DNA of 64,000 bases from Terriglobales bacterium. Its GTDB lineage: Bacteria > Acidobacteriota > Terriglobia > Terriglobales > Acidobacteriaceae. The DNA is taken from NCBI GenBank assembly GCA_963803205.1, contig CAWDLG010000006.1, positions 116,977 to 180,976 on the forward strand, written 5' to 3'. The notes beneath the pieces were generated by a model. It was not told the DNA's origin. It searched no databases and saw only the letters and a program-made list of their open reading frames with translations. Shown piece after piece: positions 10,937-21,219 of the stretch (position 1 is the first letter of the stretch; each line of letters opens with the position of its first letter). The position numbers and the translations under genes were made by a program.

Positions 10937-12160
10937 ATGGATTCCCATTTGAAACAGCAATCCGGAAGCCAGCAGGGTGGCGCCAGGCCCTCGTGGCTGA
11001 ACGGCACGACGCTCGGGATCGGGCTGACCAGCCTTTTCAGTGACTGGAGCCACGAGATTGCGACATCGATCCTGCCCGCTTTTCTGGCATCCCTTGGAGT
11101 CGGGCCGGGATGGCTGGGGGCGATTGAGGGCACCGCTGACGGCCTCTCCAGCTTCACGAAACTACTTGCAGGGCACTATACGGATCGGCTGCAGAAACGA
11201 AAGCCGTTGGTTCTTGGCGGCTACGTCGTTACGACTCTCGCCACGGGAGCCCTGGCCCTGGCTACAAACGCATGGCACGTTCTTACGGCGCGCACGACCG
11301 CCTGGCTGGGCCGCGGCGTTCGAACTCCGGGACGGAAGGCGCTGCTGGCGGCTGCGGTCTCTCCTGAGGCTTACGGACGCGCTTTCGGCTTTGAGCGAAT
11401 GATGGACACGGTAGGGGCGATCGTCGCGCCCCTAACGGCCTTGTGGCTCTTGCAGGTCACCAACCACAACTATCACCGCGTACTGGCATGGACACTGGTT
11501 CCTGGATTTGCCGCCGTAGTTGCGTTTGGTCTGCTCGTCCGGGAATCAACCAGGCCCCAGCCGGCCAAGTCCTCTTTCTGGTTGGGGCTGCGGCAGCTTC
11601 CGCCTTCCTTTCGAAGATTTTTGCTTGCGGTGGGAATCTTCGGCCTCGGCGACTTCTCTCACACACTACTGATCCTGTTCGCCACGCAGGTGCTGACCCC
11701 GGTGCATGGAAAGGCGGCTGCAGCCAGCATCGCCGTGGGACTTTATCTACTGCACAATGTCTTCTACGCCTCTTTTGCCTATCTGGGCGGGTGGCTTTCC
11801 GATCACGTGCGTCGGCGCCGTGTGGTGCTGGCCTCAGGATATGGTCTGGCTGTACTGATGGCGGGGGTTCTCGCCTCTGGTCCGGCAAGTGTCGTTGCGC
11901 TAGCTGCGGTCTTCGCGCTGGCGGGAACATTTGTGGGAGTCGAAGAGGCGCTGGAGGATTCCCTTGCGGCGGAGTTGGTTCCACAGGCGCACCACGGAAT
12001 GGCCTTTGGCACACTTGCGGCGGTCAATGCGGTCGGCGATTTCGCGTCCAGCCTTGTGATCGGCTTGCTCTGGAGCACCGTGTCGCCTTCACTGGCATTT
12101 GGAATTTCGGGCTTCCTGTTTTTGACGGGCGCTCTTCTTGTGCTGCGGGCGAGATCATGA
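10937..12160 (+). CDS. MFS transporter, substrate unknown
   Basis: 407-aa ORF with approx. 12 hydrophobic segments and an MFS loop-2/3-like motif (GHYTDRLQKRKP). It is divergent from the mdt operon. Confidence 0.7.
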   Translation: MDSHLKQQSGSQQGGARPSWLNGTTLGIGLTSLFSDWSHEIATSILPAFLASLGVGPGWLGAIEGTADGLSSFTKLLAGHYTDRLQKRKPLVLGGYVVTTLATGALALATNAWHVLTARTTAWLGRGVRTPGRKALLAAAVSPEAYGRAFGFERMMDTVGAIVAPLTALWLLQVTNHNYHRVLAWTLVPGFAAVVAFGLLVRESTRPQPAKSSFWLGLRQLPPSFRRFLLAVGIFGLGDFSHTLLILFATQVLTPVHGKAAAASIAVGLYLLHNVFYASFAYLGGWLSDHVRRRRVVLASGYGLAVLMAGVLASGPASVVALAAVFALAGTFVGVEEALEDSLAAELVPQAHHGMAFGTLAAVNAVGDFASSLVIGLLWSTVSPSLAFGISGFLFLTGALLVLRARS

Positions 12161-12182
12161 GCCTGGTTGCGGAGGAATTCTG

Positions 12183-12785
12183 ATGGAACGAATCCCGATT
12201 CCCGGCGCCGAGATTTACTACGAAGCTCACTTCCTCGATGCGGAAGAGGCGACTCGCTGGCTCGAGATTTTATTGAAGAAGTGCGAATGGAGCCGCCGCC
12301 AGGGGCCGTTCGGGCATGCTGTGCCGCGGGACGAGGCGTACTACGGCGATCCCGAGACGCGCTACACCTACTCCCGCCGGGAATACAAGCCCCTCGCCTG
12401 GGTTCCGGAACTGCTTTCCTTGAAGCAACTCGTGGAGAGTGCGACTCCGGATACGGCTTATCTCACATCGGGCCTGATGCGAATTCCCTATAATGCAGCG
12501 CTCTGCAACCTCTACCGCGGTGGAAATGACAGCGTCGGACTGCATGCCGATGCCGAACCGGAAATGGGCCCGGTGATTGCGTCGGTCAGCCTCGGTGCGG
12601 AGCGTATTTTCCGGCTCAAGCGCATCGGCGGAAGCGTTGCGTTCAGTGAAAGACTGCCATCCGGCAGCCTGCTGATTATGGCGGGAGAGACGCAGCAACG
12701 CTTCCGACACGAGGTGCCGAAAGAGCCAGCAATCACAGAGCCGCGCATCAACCTCACTTTCCGGCGGATCTCGCGCGATAACTGA
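12183..12785 (+). CDS. alkB: AlkB-family Fe(II)/2-oxoglutarate-dependent nucleic-acid demethylase
   Basis: The ATG at 12183 lies in frame within ORF 12138-12785. Motifs: LYRGGNDSVGLHADAEPE (HxD), RFRHEV (distal His), RINLTFRRI (2OG-binding Arg). Confidence 0.85.
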   Translation: MERIPIPGAEIYYEAHFLDAEEATRWLEILLKKCEWSRRQGPFGHAVPRDEAYYGDPETRYTYSRREYKPLAWVPELLSLKQLVESATPDTAYLTSGLMRIPYNAALCNLYRGGNDSVGLHADAEPEMGPVIASVSLGAERIFRLKRIGGSVAFSERLPSGSLLIMAGETQQRFRHEVPKEPAITEPRINLTFRRISRDN

Positions 12786-12800
12786 CGAAGTTTGTCGACT

Positions 12801-12858
12801 TTCAATAGGCAAATTGTTTGATTTTTTCTTGACACGATCTGATCGCGATTACTACAGT
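12801..12858 (+). promoter_or_regulatory. Putative operator box plus sigma70-type promoter upstream of the GH78 gene
   Basis: TTCAATAGGCAAAT at 12801-12814; TTGACA at 12829-12834; an 18-nt spacer; (C)TACAGT at 12853-12858. The same modules recur at 22444-22532 and 31176-31229. Confidence 0.6.
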
Positions 12859-12909
12859 TCTGCGGTTCGTATTCACATATGACTCCCACGCTCGCCCGAG
12901 GTAAAAACA

Positions 12910-15900
12910 TTGGCTCGTTCCTCTTTCGTCTCCCGACTCCTGCTGGCCGTTCTCTTCCTCATCGCAGCGAATGCGTTTGCCGCTCCAGTTCATTTGCGAG
13001 TGGAGTATCTGGAGAATCCCCTCGGAATTGACGCCGCGAAGCCTCGCTTCTCGTGGCAGAGCGATAACACAGAGCGGAACTGGCGGCAGACGGCCTATCA
13101 GCTGTTTGTGGCCAGCAGCCCGGAGCGCCTCGGCAACCCCGATGTGTGGGACAGTGGCAAGCAGAGTTCAGCGGAGTCAGTCGGCATTGTGTATGGCGGC
13201 CCGAGCCTCGAATCCCGCAGGCGTTATTACTGGTCGGTGCGGGTCTGGGATGCCGATGGAAAAACGTTCGACTCTTCCGAAACGGCCTGGTGGGAAATGG
13301 GATTGTTGGAGAAGGCCGACTGGAAGGGCAAGTGGATCGGCTGGAAAAATCCGGAGAGTGAGGGGGATGAGTCTGGCATCAAGTGGCTGTGGCTGAGTGG
13401 ACAGAATCCTCTGAACGCCACGCCAAAGACCACGGTGGTTTTTCGCACCTCTGCCGACATCAGGCAGAAGCCTCGAGACGCTGCCTTGTTTATCATCGCG
13501 CGCGGTGACTATCAGGTCTCGGTGAACGGCCGGCAGGTCGACACGAAATCGGGATGGAAGTCGTTTGACCGCCACGACATCACTGATCAACTCGTGATTG
13601 GGGCGAATGTTCTCGAGATTTCAGTAAAGGTACCAGAGCCTCCGCAGTATGGTCCCGGGGCGGGCGCGAAAGCCATGACGGCCGGACTCGCGGGGCTGCT
13701 CAAGATTACCGACGCGGACGGGCGGATTACCCGCATTCCCACGAATGATCGCTGGCAGGCTCGCCTTGAGAACGAGCAAAAATGGGGAAAGGCCGGCGTT
13801 TTTTTCTCGTTGAACGACCGCCGCATGGGTGCGCTGCCAGTTCTCCCCCAGCCCGCTGCGCTGCTGCGACACGATTTCGCGGTTTCGCGCAAAGTGCAGT
13901 CCGCGCGTCTCTACAGCACAGCACTTGGCAGCTACCGGGTATTTATCAATGGGCAGAGAGTGGGAAGCGACGTCCTCACTCCGGATTTCACCGATTATCG
14001 CAAACGCCTCTTGTATCAGACGTACGACGTGACCCAATTGCTGATGGACGGAAAGAATGCCATTGCAGCCATGGTTGGCGACGGATGGTATGGCAGTCCG
14101 CTGACGTGGGAAGGAATGCGCTTCTTTCCTGCGCCCGATCGCCTCCTGGTGCAGCTTGAAATCAACTACAGCGATGGCACGCACGATGTAGTCGTCAGCG
14201 ATGGATCGTGGAAGGCTACCAGGTCACCGATTCTTCACTCGGAAATTTATGCCGGTGAACTCTACGACGCGCGACTCGCCGATCCCGCCTGGGACAAGCC
14301 GGAAACGAACGACTCCGGCTGGGCCTCGGCCGCCGTTGCCGAAGCGCCTTCGATCCTGGTCAGCAGCCAGCCCACGGCACCGGTGCACATTTCCCAATCG
14401 CTGCAACCCAGGAAAGTTACGCCTCTGGCAAACGGAGTCTACGTTTACGACATGGGGCAGAACATGGTCGGATGGGTATCTCTGAAGGTGAGCGGTAGTG
14501 CTGGAACGCGAGTTCGCCTTCGCTTCGCGGAGAGATTGAATCCAGATGGCAGCATTTATACGGAGAATCTGCGCAATGCCGATGCGACCGACCGATATGT
14601 GCTCCGTGGCGGCGGAGAGGAAACGTACGAACCGTACTTCACATTTCACGGTTTCCGCTACGTCGAACTTACCGGCTATCCCGGCGAGCCGGGTCTGGAT
14701 GCCATAACCGGCAGAGTCGCCACCAGCCTGACCGGTGGGCCGACGGCAACCCTGGATACCGCCAGTTCGATGGTCAACGACATGTATTCGATTGGCCTCT
14801 GGGGACAACGGGGCAATTTTCTGAGCATTCCGACCGACTGCCCACAGCGTGACGAACGCCTTGGCTGGATGGGGGACGCAGGAGTCTTCTGGCGGACCGG
14901 CGCCTACAACTTCGATATCGCGGCATTCTCCCAAAAATTCATGGATGACGTCTCCGACGCCCAGGGACCGCAAGGGGCGTTCACGAATGTTTCCCCGAAC
15001 GTGCTGCCCTTCGGCGGCGACTCTACGTCAGGAGCCAACGCCTGGAGTGAAGGTATGGTGGGTGCTCCGGGCTGGGGCGACGCCGGCGTCATCGTTCCCT
15101 ATACGACGTGGCTGCAATATGGCGATCGGGAAATCGTCCGCAAGAACTGGGATGCCATGCAGCGATGGATGGAATTCATTCAGGCGGCAAATCCCGATTT
15201 TCTTCGCAAGAAAGGAGTGGGACCCAACTTTGCCGACTGGCTTGCGCCCGACCCGAATACCGACAAGGATATGCTGGCCACGGCCTACTGGGCGCTGATC
15301 GCCAACATGATGCAGGAGATGGCACATGCCATCGGCGAAGAAGATGAAGCCGAGCGTTATTCCGATCTCATCGAGAAAATTCGCACTGCTTTTCAGAAGG
15401 CGTATATCAAAAGCGACGGAGTAGTCGGCACCGGAACGCAGACGTCTTACGTGGTTGCGCTTTACACGAAAATGGCAGCGCCGGCGCTCGAGCCGGCCTT
15501 AGTGAACAATCTGGTGAAAGATATCGAGAAGAGGAACTGGCACCTGTCTACGGGATTTCTAGGCACGCCTTTTCTGCTGTTCACGCTGGCGAATCACGGC
15601 CACGCAGACGTGGCTTACCGCTTGCTTTTGAACGACACGTATCCCTCGTGGGGATACATGCTGGCCAAGGGAGCGACTACCTGGTGGGAGCGCTGGAACG
15701 GCGATAGCGGCGATCCCGCCATGAATTCCTACAACCACTACGCATTCGGGTCGGTGATTGCGTGGGTCTACCGCTACGTGATCGGCATCGACACTTCTCT
15801 CGAGGGGCCGGGCTTCCGCCAGATCGTAATCCATCCGCGGCTCGATTCTCGCATGCCGCGAGCAGGAGGCGAATATGAATCGGTCTACGGCAGGATCGCA

Positions 15901-16098
15901 ACCGATTGGTCCGGAAGCCCAGGCGGTCCGTTTTCTCTGAAAGTTACGATCCCCGCGAACACGACAGCGAAGGTGTTTCTGCCGGCGGGTGAGAACGCGA
16001 AGGCGATGGAAAATGGCTCTCCCATTGATGCGCAGCGGGAGGGCGATTCGTTAGTCGTTCAGATAGGATCCGGCACTTACGATTTCAGCGTTCGATGA
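12910..16098 (+). CDS. secreted alpha-L-rhamnosidase, GH78
   Basis: TTG start. Signal peptide MARSSFVSRLLLAVLFLIAANAFA. GH78 N-terminal signature LRVEYLENPLGIDAAKPRFSWQ and the catalytic (alpha/alpha)6 block IPTDCPQRDERLGWMGDA...WWERW. Confidence 0.9.
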   Translation: MARSSFVSRLLLAVLFLIAANAFAAPVHLRVEYLENPLGIDAAKPRFSWQSDNTERNWRQTAYQLFVASSPERLGNPDVWDSGKQSSAESVGIVYGGPSLESRRRYYWSVRVWDADGKTFDSSETAWWEMGLLEKADWKGKWIGWKNPESEGDESGIKWLWLSGQNPLNATPKTTVVFRTSADIRQKPRDAALFIIARGDYQVSVNGRQVDTKSGWKSFDRHDITDQLVIGANVLEISVKVPEPPQYGPGAGAKAMTAGLAGLLKITDADGRITRIPTNDRWQARLENEQKWGKAGVFFSLNDRRMGALPVLPQPAALLRHDFAVSRKVQSARLYSTALGSYRVFINGQRVGSDVLTPDFTDYRKRLLYQTYDVTQLLMDGKNAIAAMVGDGWYGSPLTWEGMRFFPAPDRLLVQLEINYSDGTHDVVVSDGSWKATRSPILHSEIYAGELYDARLADPAWDKPETNDSGWASAAVAEAPSILVSSQPTAPVHISQSLQPRKVTPLANGVYVYDMGQNMVGWVSLKVSGSAGTRVRLRFAERLNPDGSIYTENLRNADATDRYVLRGGGEETYEPYFTFHGFRYVELTGYPGEPGLDAITGRVATSLTGGPTATLDTASSMVNDMYSIGLWGQRGNFLSIPTDCPQRDERLGWMGDAGVFWRTGAYNFDIAAFSQKFMDDVSDAQGPQGAFTNVSPNVLPFGGDSTSGANAWSEGMVGAPGWGDAGVIVPYTTWLQYGDREIVRKNWDAMQRWMEFIQAANPDFLRKKGVGPNFADWLAPDPNTDKDMLATAYWALIANMMQEMAHAIGEEDEAERYSDLIEKIRTAFQKAYIKSDGVVGTGTQTSYVVALYTKMAAPALEPALVNNLVKDIEKRNWHLSTGFLGTPFLLFTLANHGHADVAYRLLLNDTYPSWGYMLAKGATTWWERWNGDSGDPAMNSYNHYAFGSVIAWVYRYVIGIDTSLEGPGFRQIVIHPRLDSRMPRAGGEYESVYGRIATDWSGSPGGPFSLKVTIPANTTAKVFLPAGENAKAMENGSPIDAQREGDSLVVQIGSGTYDFSVR

Positions 16099-16111
16099 CG
16101 CAGCGGCCGGG

Positions 16112-17302
16112 CTAGGCGTAGGTTGTCACCACGACCGAATTGCGCTGCTTCCGTTCGGCGGTGATGCGCTCAAGATAGCCGCTCTCGCGCAACGCTTTCA
16201 TCGGATCTTCCGGGAGTCCGTGGCTGCGGCGCCAGTCTTTGAGCACCGGTCGGACGTCGGTCCAGAACGCGCCGCGTAAACACTCCTCTGCGTCAACCAG
16301 CGAACAACTCTTCTGGAGCGACGCCAGTCGCGCGTGGTCCACGATCGCGGCCTTCGCGTAAAGCTCCTGCGCGGTGCACACGGTCTGGACCATGGCCTCC
16401 ATCTTGCCCTTGAGATTGTGGCTTTGGTCAACCATGTAAGCAATGTCGGCGCGCCTGCCAATTTCCCATTCATAGACATGGATCTCGTGGAAGATGCGGA
16501 AGATCTGGTAAGGATCAATCGAGCCCAGCGTGAGATCGTCATCCGCATAGCGGCGGTCGTTAAAGTGGAACCCGCCGATCATTCCGTGATGCAGAAGCCA
16601 GGCCACGATTTGCTCGATATTTTGTGCCTGGTAGTGGTGCCCGGTGTCGACGAGCACGAAGGCCTGGGGCCCGGCCTCTCTTGCAAGAAGAAAAGCCATC
16701 CCCCAGTCCGCGATGTCGGTGTGGTAGAAGGCCGGCTCAAATGGCTTGTATTCAACCAGCAGCCTCTGTTTCGGCTCGAGGCGGGAGTGCACCTCCTTCA
16801 GCGCCTGTTCAAACCATGCGATGCGCTGGCGCATGCTCTGCGTGCCGGGATAGTTCGATCCGTCGGCAAACCAGGGCGAGATGTCCCGGCAGCTCAATTC
16901 ATTTGCAATCGCCACACAGTCGAGGATGTGGTCGAGCGCGCGCTTGCGGATGGCGGGGTCCGGATTTCCCAGTGAGCCGTATTTGTAGTCCTGATCCTGA
17001 AAGATGTTCGGGTTGATCGAGCCTGCCTGAACCCCGTACTTCTGGGCAAGGCCCTGGATTTGGCCGACGTCCTTTGATCCGTTCGGCACATCCCACTGAA
17101 CGTGCAGCGCGATGGTGGGACAGGCACCGGTCAACGCATGCACCTGGCCGGCATCGCTGAATTTGTCCTCAAGGGTGACCGCGGCCGCGGCCTGAATAAA
17201 CTTCCCAAAGCGCGTGCCAGTGTTGGCAAAACCCCAGGAGGGGAGTTCGATATTGAAATTGTCCAGCGCGCGATGTATGAGTCCTTCCGGCTTGTCAGTC
17301 AT
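16112..17302 (-). CDS. rhaI: L-rhamnose isomerase, RhaI (xylose-isomerase-like TIM barrel, P. stutzeri/rhizobial subtype)
   Basis: The internal ATG at 17302 gives MTDKPEGLIH... The motif LPSWGFANTGTRFGKF and VDTGHH...FHFNDRRYADDDL are typical of this isomerase family. It is the last gene of the rhaEW-rhaB-rhaI operon. Confidence 0.8.
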   Translation of the reverse strand: MTDKPEGLIHRALDNFNIELPSWGFANTGTRFGKFIQAAAAVTLEDKFSDAGQVHALTGACPTIALHVQWDVPNGSKDVGQIQGLAQKYGVQAGSINPNIFQDQDYKYGSLGNPDPAIRKRALDHILDCVAIANELSCRDISPWFADGSNYPGTQSMRQRIAWFEQALKEVHSRLEPKQRLLVEYKPFEPAFYHTDIADWGMAFLLAREAGPQAFVLVDTGHHYQAQNIEQIVAWLLHHGMIGGFHFNDRRYADDDLTLGSIDPYQIFRIFHEIHVYEWEIGRRADIAYMVDQSHNLKGKMEAMVQTVCTAQELYAKAAIVDHARLASLQKSCSLVDAEECLRGAFWTDVRPVLKDWRRSHGLPEDPMKALRESGYLERITAERKQRNSVVVTTYA

Positions 17303-17325
17303 GATGCCTTCCCATTCTTCAAACT

Positions 17326-18831
17326 TTATTGCGTGATCGCTGATTGTACTTCGCTCACGGTCTCGATGGCCTGACCGGCGAGGCGCCCGGCCCATTCGGC
17401 AACCCGCGAGGCCGAAACCCCCGCTCCACCTGCATCGCCGCTCTCCAAAGCGGCCAACTGAATGGCAAAATTTCCAACCGTGGTGCTTTCCGTCGATCCC
17501 TTCAGCACTTCCAGCCCGGTAGCCTCAGCCGTCAACCGGTTCAACAAGGCATTCCGGCTGCCGCCACCCACAACATAAAGACGCTTCAAAGACTTATTCG
17601 TAATCTCCGCGATGCTGCGCAAGACCGCCGCGTACCTCGCTGCGAGGCTGTGAAAGATGAGATTTGCCATTTGCGGCGCCGCATCGGCCGATACGGGCAC
17701 CGGCCGCTTGCCATTTCTTGCAAGCTGGGCACTGATACGCGCCGGCATACCGGAGGGCAGCACCAGATCGGAATCATCGACGTCCAGCAGATCCTGCGGC
17801 GGCGGGAGGGTCACACATGCCGCGAGCAGATCTTCCACCTTCCACGTATGGCCACCTGCCCGCCAGTCTTCCATGCATTGCTGTAGCAACCACATGCCGT
17901 TAACGTTCTTCAGCAGATAAATTTTTCCTCCAACTCCTCCTTCATTGCTGAAGTTCATCCGACGGGCATCGTCGCCGACGTGTGGCGAGTCGACTACACA
18001 TCCAACAAGGGACCATGTACCCGAACTTATGAACGCCCAATCGTCTCCATCGGCGGGAATGCCAGCGATGGCTGACGCCGTGTCGTGGCAGGCCGGCGCG
18101 ATCAGTCGCGTGGAGCGGAAGGCCGGCAGCGTAGCCAGCGGTCCCGTCATACGGCCGATGTCCGTACCAGGCTTGACCACTGGAGGCGCTGCGGTGACGT
18201 CTAATCCGGTAGCGGTGAAGATCTCGCCGCACCACGCTTGATCGTGAACGCCCAGCAACTGTGTGTTGCTGGCGTTGGTGAACTCCGCAACCCGCTTGCC
18301 GCCGAGATGGTAAAGCACGTATTCAGGCAGATTAAGCCAGGGCAGGGTCTGCTGCCGGGATTCGTCCGCGCACAACTGGTAGAGAGTGTTAAGAGGCAGA
18401 ATCTGGATGCCCGTGAGAGCGTAGAGTCGATCCGCGGGGATGAAGCGGTCGAAGTTCTTCAAGACTTTTGTCGTGCGCTCATCGCGATAGCAGAACGGGT
18501 TGGCGACTGGCTCGCCGTCCGGACCCAGGCGAACGTAGTCGACCGCCCAGCCGTCGACGCCAACCGACGCAATCTCGCCGGATGTGCAGGCCGCGCAGCG
18601 GCGTAGTCCTTCCTCCACGCCTTCGCAGATGCGATGAATATCCCAGCGCAGGCCGTTTTCGCCCTGCCTCGGGGCATTGGGGAAGCGGTACACCAGCTGC
18701 ATCTCCGGCCTGGAGTCGATCCATTTCAGCAATGAGACCCGGCAACTCTCGGCTCCCAGATCGACGGCAGCAAGGGTTTTTCCGCCGGGGCTGGATCGCG
18801 CGCTGCTTCGATCGTGAGGCATCAAATTCAT
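17326..18831 (-). CDS. rhaB: rhamnulokinase (FGGY family)
   Basis: The ATG at 18831 overlaps the stop of the upstream gene (ATGA). FGGY N-terminal motif AAVDLGAESCRVSLL and C-terminal YVVGGGSRNALLNRLTA. Confidence 0.85.
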   Translation of the reverse strand: MNLMPHDRSSARSSPGGKTLAAVDLGAESCRVSLLKWIDSRPEMQLVYRFPNAPRQGENGLRWDIHRICEGVEEGLRRCAACTSGEIASVGVDGWAVDYVRLGPDGEPVANPFCYRDERTTKVLKNFDRFIPADRLYALTGIQILPLNTLYQLCADESRQQTLPWLNLPEYVLYHLGGKRVAEFTNASNTQLLGVHDQAWCGEIFTATGLDVTAAPPVVKPGTDIGRMTGPLATLPAFRSTRLIAPACHDTASAIAGIPADGDDWAFISSGTWSLVGCVVDSPHVGDDARRMNFSNEGGVGGKIYLLKNVNGMWLLQQCMEDWRAGGHTWKVEDLLAACVTLPPPQDLLDVDDSDLVLPSGMPARISAQLARNGKRPVPVSADAAPQMANLIFHSLAARYAAVLRSIAEITNKSLKRLYVVGGGSRNALLNRLTAEATGLEVLKGSTESTTVGNFAIQLAALESGDAGGAGVSASRVAEWAGRLAGQAIETVSEVQSAITQ

Positions 18832-21035
18832 CGCAGGAAAGCTTCTGTCAGACCTCCATCCACGGGGACGATGTGCCCGGTGGTACACGGCGACTTCGGT
18901 CCGGCCAGGAAAAGGATGGCTTCCGCACAATCCCTGGGATCGATGGGACGGTGCGTCAGAGTTCTTTTGGCATAAAACTCCGCCAGCACGCTGCGCAGTT
19001 GATCGTCAGTCGCCGATTCGTCGAACGGAATTTCATACTTCTTGAGAGAAGCGATGACCCGATCGCGAGGGAACATCGTCGATCCCTTGATCACTGTGGC
19101 TGGGCTGATGCCGTTTACGCGAATCTTCGGAGAGAGCGCGATCGCCAGCTCGCGAACCAGATGGCTCAGGGCCGCCTTGCTTACATCGTAGGCCTCGCTG
19201 CCGCGCTTGGCGACGACTGCGTTGGCGGAACTCGTCAGGACGATCGATGCGTTGAGACTCTGGTCGCGCAGGATCTTGGCGGCCTCATCGGCCAGCAGGT
19301 AGTTGGCGGTCACGTTGAGGTCGAGGGTGATGCCCCATTGCTCGTCCGAGATACGGCCGTCGGAAGAGGAAGGGAACAAGGCGGCGGTGTTAATCAGGAT
19401 GTCGATTCCGCCGAAGGACGCAATCAGCTCCCGCAAGGATTGGCGAATGGCTTCTCGTTTGCGGATATCGGCGGAAACTGAGATTGCGCCTTCCTTGCCC
19501 GCGGCGGCCTTGGCCTCCTCCGCTACTTTCTTTGCGGCTTCGCTGTCGCGATCGGCGACCACGACGTGCGCGCCGCGTTCGGCGGCCAGCAAGGCGGCCT
19601 CGCGCCCGATTCCGCTTCCACCGCCCACGATCATGACCACGTGCCGGCTGAGTTCCTTCTCCGGAGGCTGACGGCGAATCTTGGCCTCTTCGAGCGCCCA
19701 GTATTCGATTCGAAACGCTTCCGAGAGCGGCAAGGCGACATAGTTGCAGTGGACCTGGAAAGCGTCAGTGGGAGCGGCATCTCCGGCCTGCGGCAGCGGC
19801 ACCGGAGGCCGACCCGAGTCCAGCGAAGTGGCGCCCTCCATCACGTGAATTGCATTGACATAAAATTCGCCGGTCAAACGCGATTCTGTCTTGCTTTTCC
19901 CGAAGCTGAACATGCCGATGCCGGGAATGAGAACCACTGTGGGATTTGAATCGCGCATGGCCGGTGAGTCCGGCTGGGCGAACGAGCGGTAATAGTCGGC
20001 ATATTCCTTGCGATAGGTTTCGAGCGCCGCGTCAACCTGCTTTTTCAAATCGTCCAGGTTGCCTCCCGGCGTCCAGGCGACAAACAGCGGCCGCACTTTA
20101 GTCCGGATAAAGTGGTCGGGACAACTGGTTCCAAGATGCGCGAGTTGTTTTGCGTCTTTAGAGTTGACGAAGCGCAAAACCTCAGGAAGGTCGGAGAAGC
20201 TGCCAATCATGCGACGCTGGCCGGAGACGCGTCCGCGCAGGAAGGGGAAGATATCAATTGCAAGTTCTCGCCGATTGGGCAGCTCCGCATGCAGCGGACC
20301 GCCAAATAGAGCCGAGCCCTTCTCCTCGACCTCACCTCCTACGAGCTGGCCCAACTGATCGATGATCGCGAGCGTGTTTTCGTAGCACTCCTGCTGAGTG
20401 TCGCCCCACGTAAACAGCCCGTGGCCGCCGAGCACAATTCCGTCACAGCCGGGAGCCTCCTGCACGGCGCGGCGCAACATCATCGCCAACTCGAAACCCG
20501 GCCGCTGCCAAGGCACCCAGATCAAGTGATGGCCGAAACCACGATTGAACTCCTCCATCTTCTGCTTGCCGTTCGCTGAAGCTGCGAGAGCGATGCCCCA
20601 GTCGGGATGGAGGTGGTCGATGTGGCGGAAAGGAAGAAATCCATGAAGCGGAGTATCGATGGAGGTGGCGACGCTGCTTCTGCCGAAAGTACACAGCCAG
20701 TACTGCTCGACCATTTCATCTTCGTGCTCGGCGCCGCGATAGTTGTTCTCCAGCGCGCGCAGCTTCTGAAGATACAGCGTGGCCAGGCCCGATAACTTGA
20801 TGCTGCCCAGGTCTCCGCCACTGCCTTTGATCCAGAGTACTTCCTCCTGCTTTCCGGTCAGCGGATCGGTTTGCAGAATTTTCGAACTGGTGTTGCCGCC
20901 GCCGAAGTTCGTAATGCGGAGATCCGAGCCAAGAAGATTGGAGCGGTAACGGAGCAGTTCCGGTTCGTCGAGAGTGCGCGCGATGCGTTCGTCCCAGCGG
21001 TCTTCGAGATAGCGCAAGCCGGTTTTGACAGCCAT
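18828..21035 (-). CDS. rhaEW: bifunctional L-rhamnulose-1-phosphate aldolase (class II aldolase/adducin domain) / short-chain dehydrogenase (lactaldehyde dehydrogenase-type), RhaEW-like
   Basis: The ATG at 21035 gives MAVKTGLRYLEDRWDE... The N-terminal half has an aldolase_II pattern (NFGGGNTSSK, HLHPDW). The C-terminal half is an SDR (VMIVGGGSGIGREAAL; YDVSKAAL). This architecture is the known one in rhaI-type rhamnose clusters. Confidence 0.85.
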   Translation of the reverse strand: MAVKTGLRYLEDRWDERIARTLDEPELLRYRSNLLGSDLRITNFGGGNTSSKILQTDPLTGKQEEVLWIKGSGGDLGSIKLSGLATLYLQKLRALENNYRGAEHEDEMVEQYWLCTFGRSSVATSIDTPLHGFLPFRHIDHLHPDWGIALAASANGKQKMEEFNRGFGHHLIWVPWQRPGFELAMMLRRAVQEAPGCDGIVLGGHGLFTWGDTQQECYENTLAIIDQLGQLVGGEVEEKGSALFGGPLHAELPNRRELAIDIFPFLRGRVSGQRRMIGSFSDLPEVLRFVNSKDAKQLAHLGTSCPDHFIRTKVRPLFVAWTPGGNLDDLKKQVDAALETYRKEYADYYRSFAQPDSPAMRDSNPTVVLIPGIGMFSFGKSKTESRLTGEFYVNAIHVMEGATSLDSGRPPVPLPQAGDAAPTDAFQVHCNYVALPLSEAFRIEYWALEEAKIRRQPPEKELSRHVVMIVGGGSGIGREAALLAAERGAHVVVADRDSEAAKKVAEEAKAAAGKEGAISVSADIRKREAIRQSLRELIASFGGIDILINTAALFPSSSDGRISDEQWGITLDLNVTANYLLADEAAKILRDQSLNASIVLTSSANAVVAKRGSEAYDVSKAALSHLVRELAIALSPKIRVNGISPATVIKGSTMFPRDRVIASLKKYEIPFDESATDDQLRSVLAEFYAKRTLTHRPIDPRDCAEAILFLAGPKSPCTTGHIVPVDGGLTEAFLR

Positions 21036-21127
21036 AGCGGAACCACCTTGGAGTTTGGGGGAGAGGAGCACAAACCGGCGGCGTGGCCGGGCGGCCTCCC
21101 AAGGCACCCCACATCATAACCCAGCGA

Positions 21128-21155
21128 TGCAATAGGGCAACAATTTCTATTCGAA
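21128..21155 (-). promoter_or_regulatory. Putative palindromic operator upstream of rhaEW-rhaB-rhaI
   Basis: The plus strand reads TGCAATAGGGCAACAATTTCTATTCGAA. This is an inverted pair CAATAG-N11-CTATT. The minus-strand reading TTCGAATAGAAATTG resembles the TTCAATAGGCAAATTG box at 12801. A possible TATGAT -10 lies on the minus strand at 21113-21118. Confidence 0.5.
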
Positions 21156-21219
21156 AATATGGCTTCGCCGCCGAACGGCTGCAAGCCGCACTTGTCACCT
21201 TGCCTAGATGGGGGAAGGG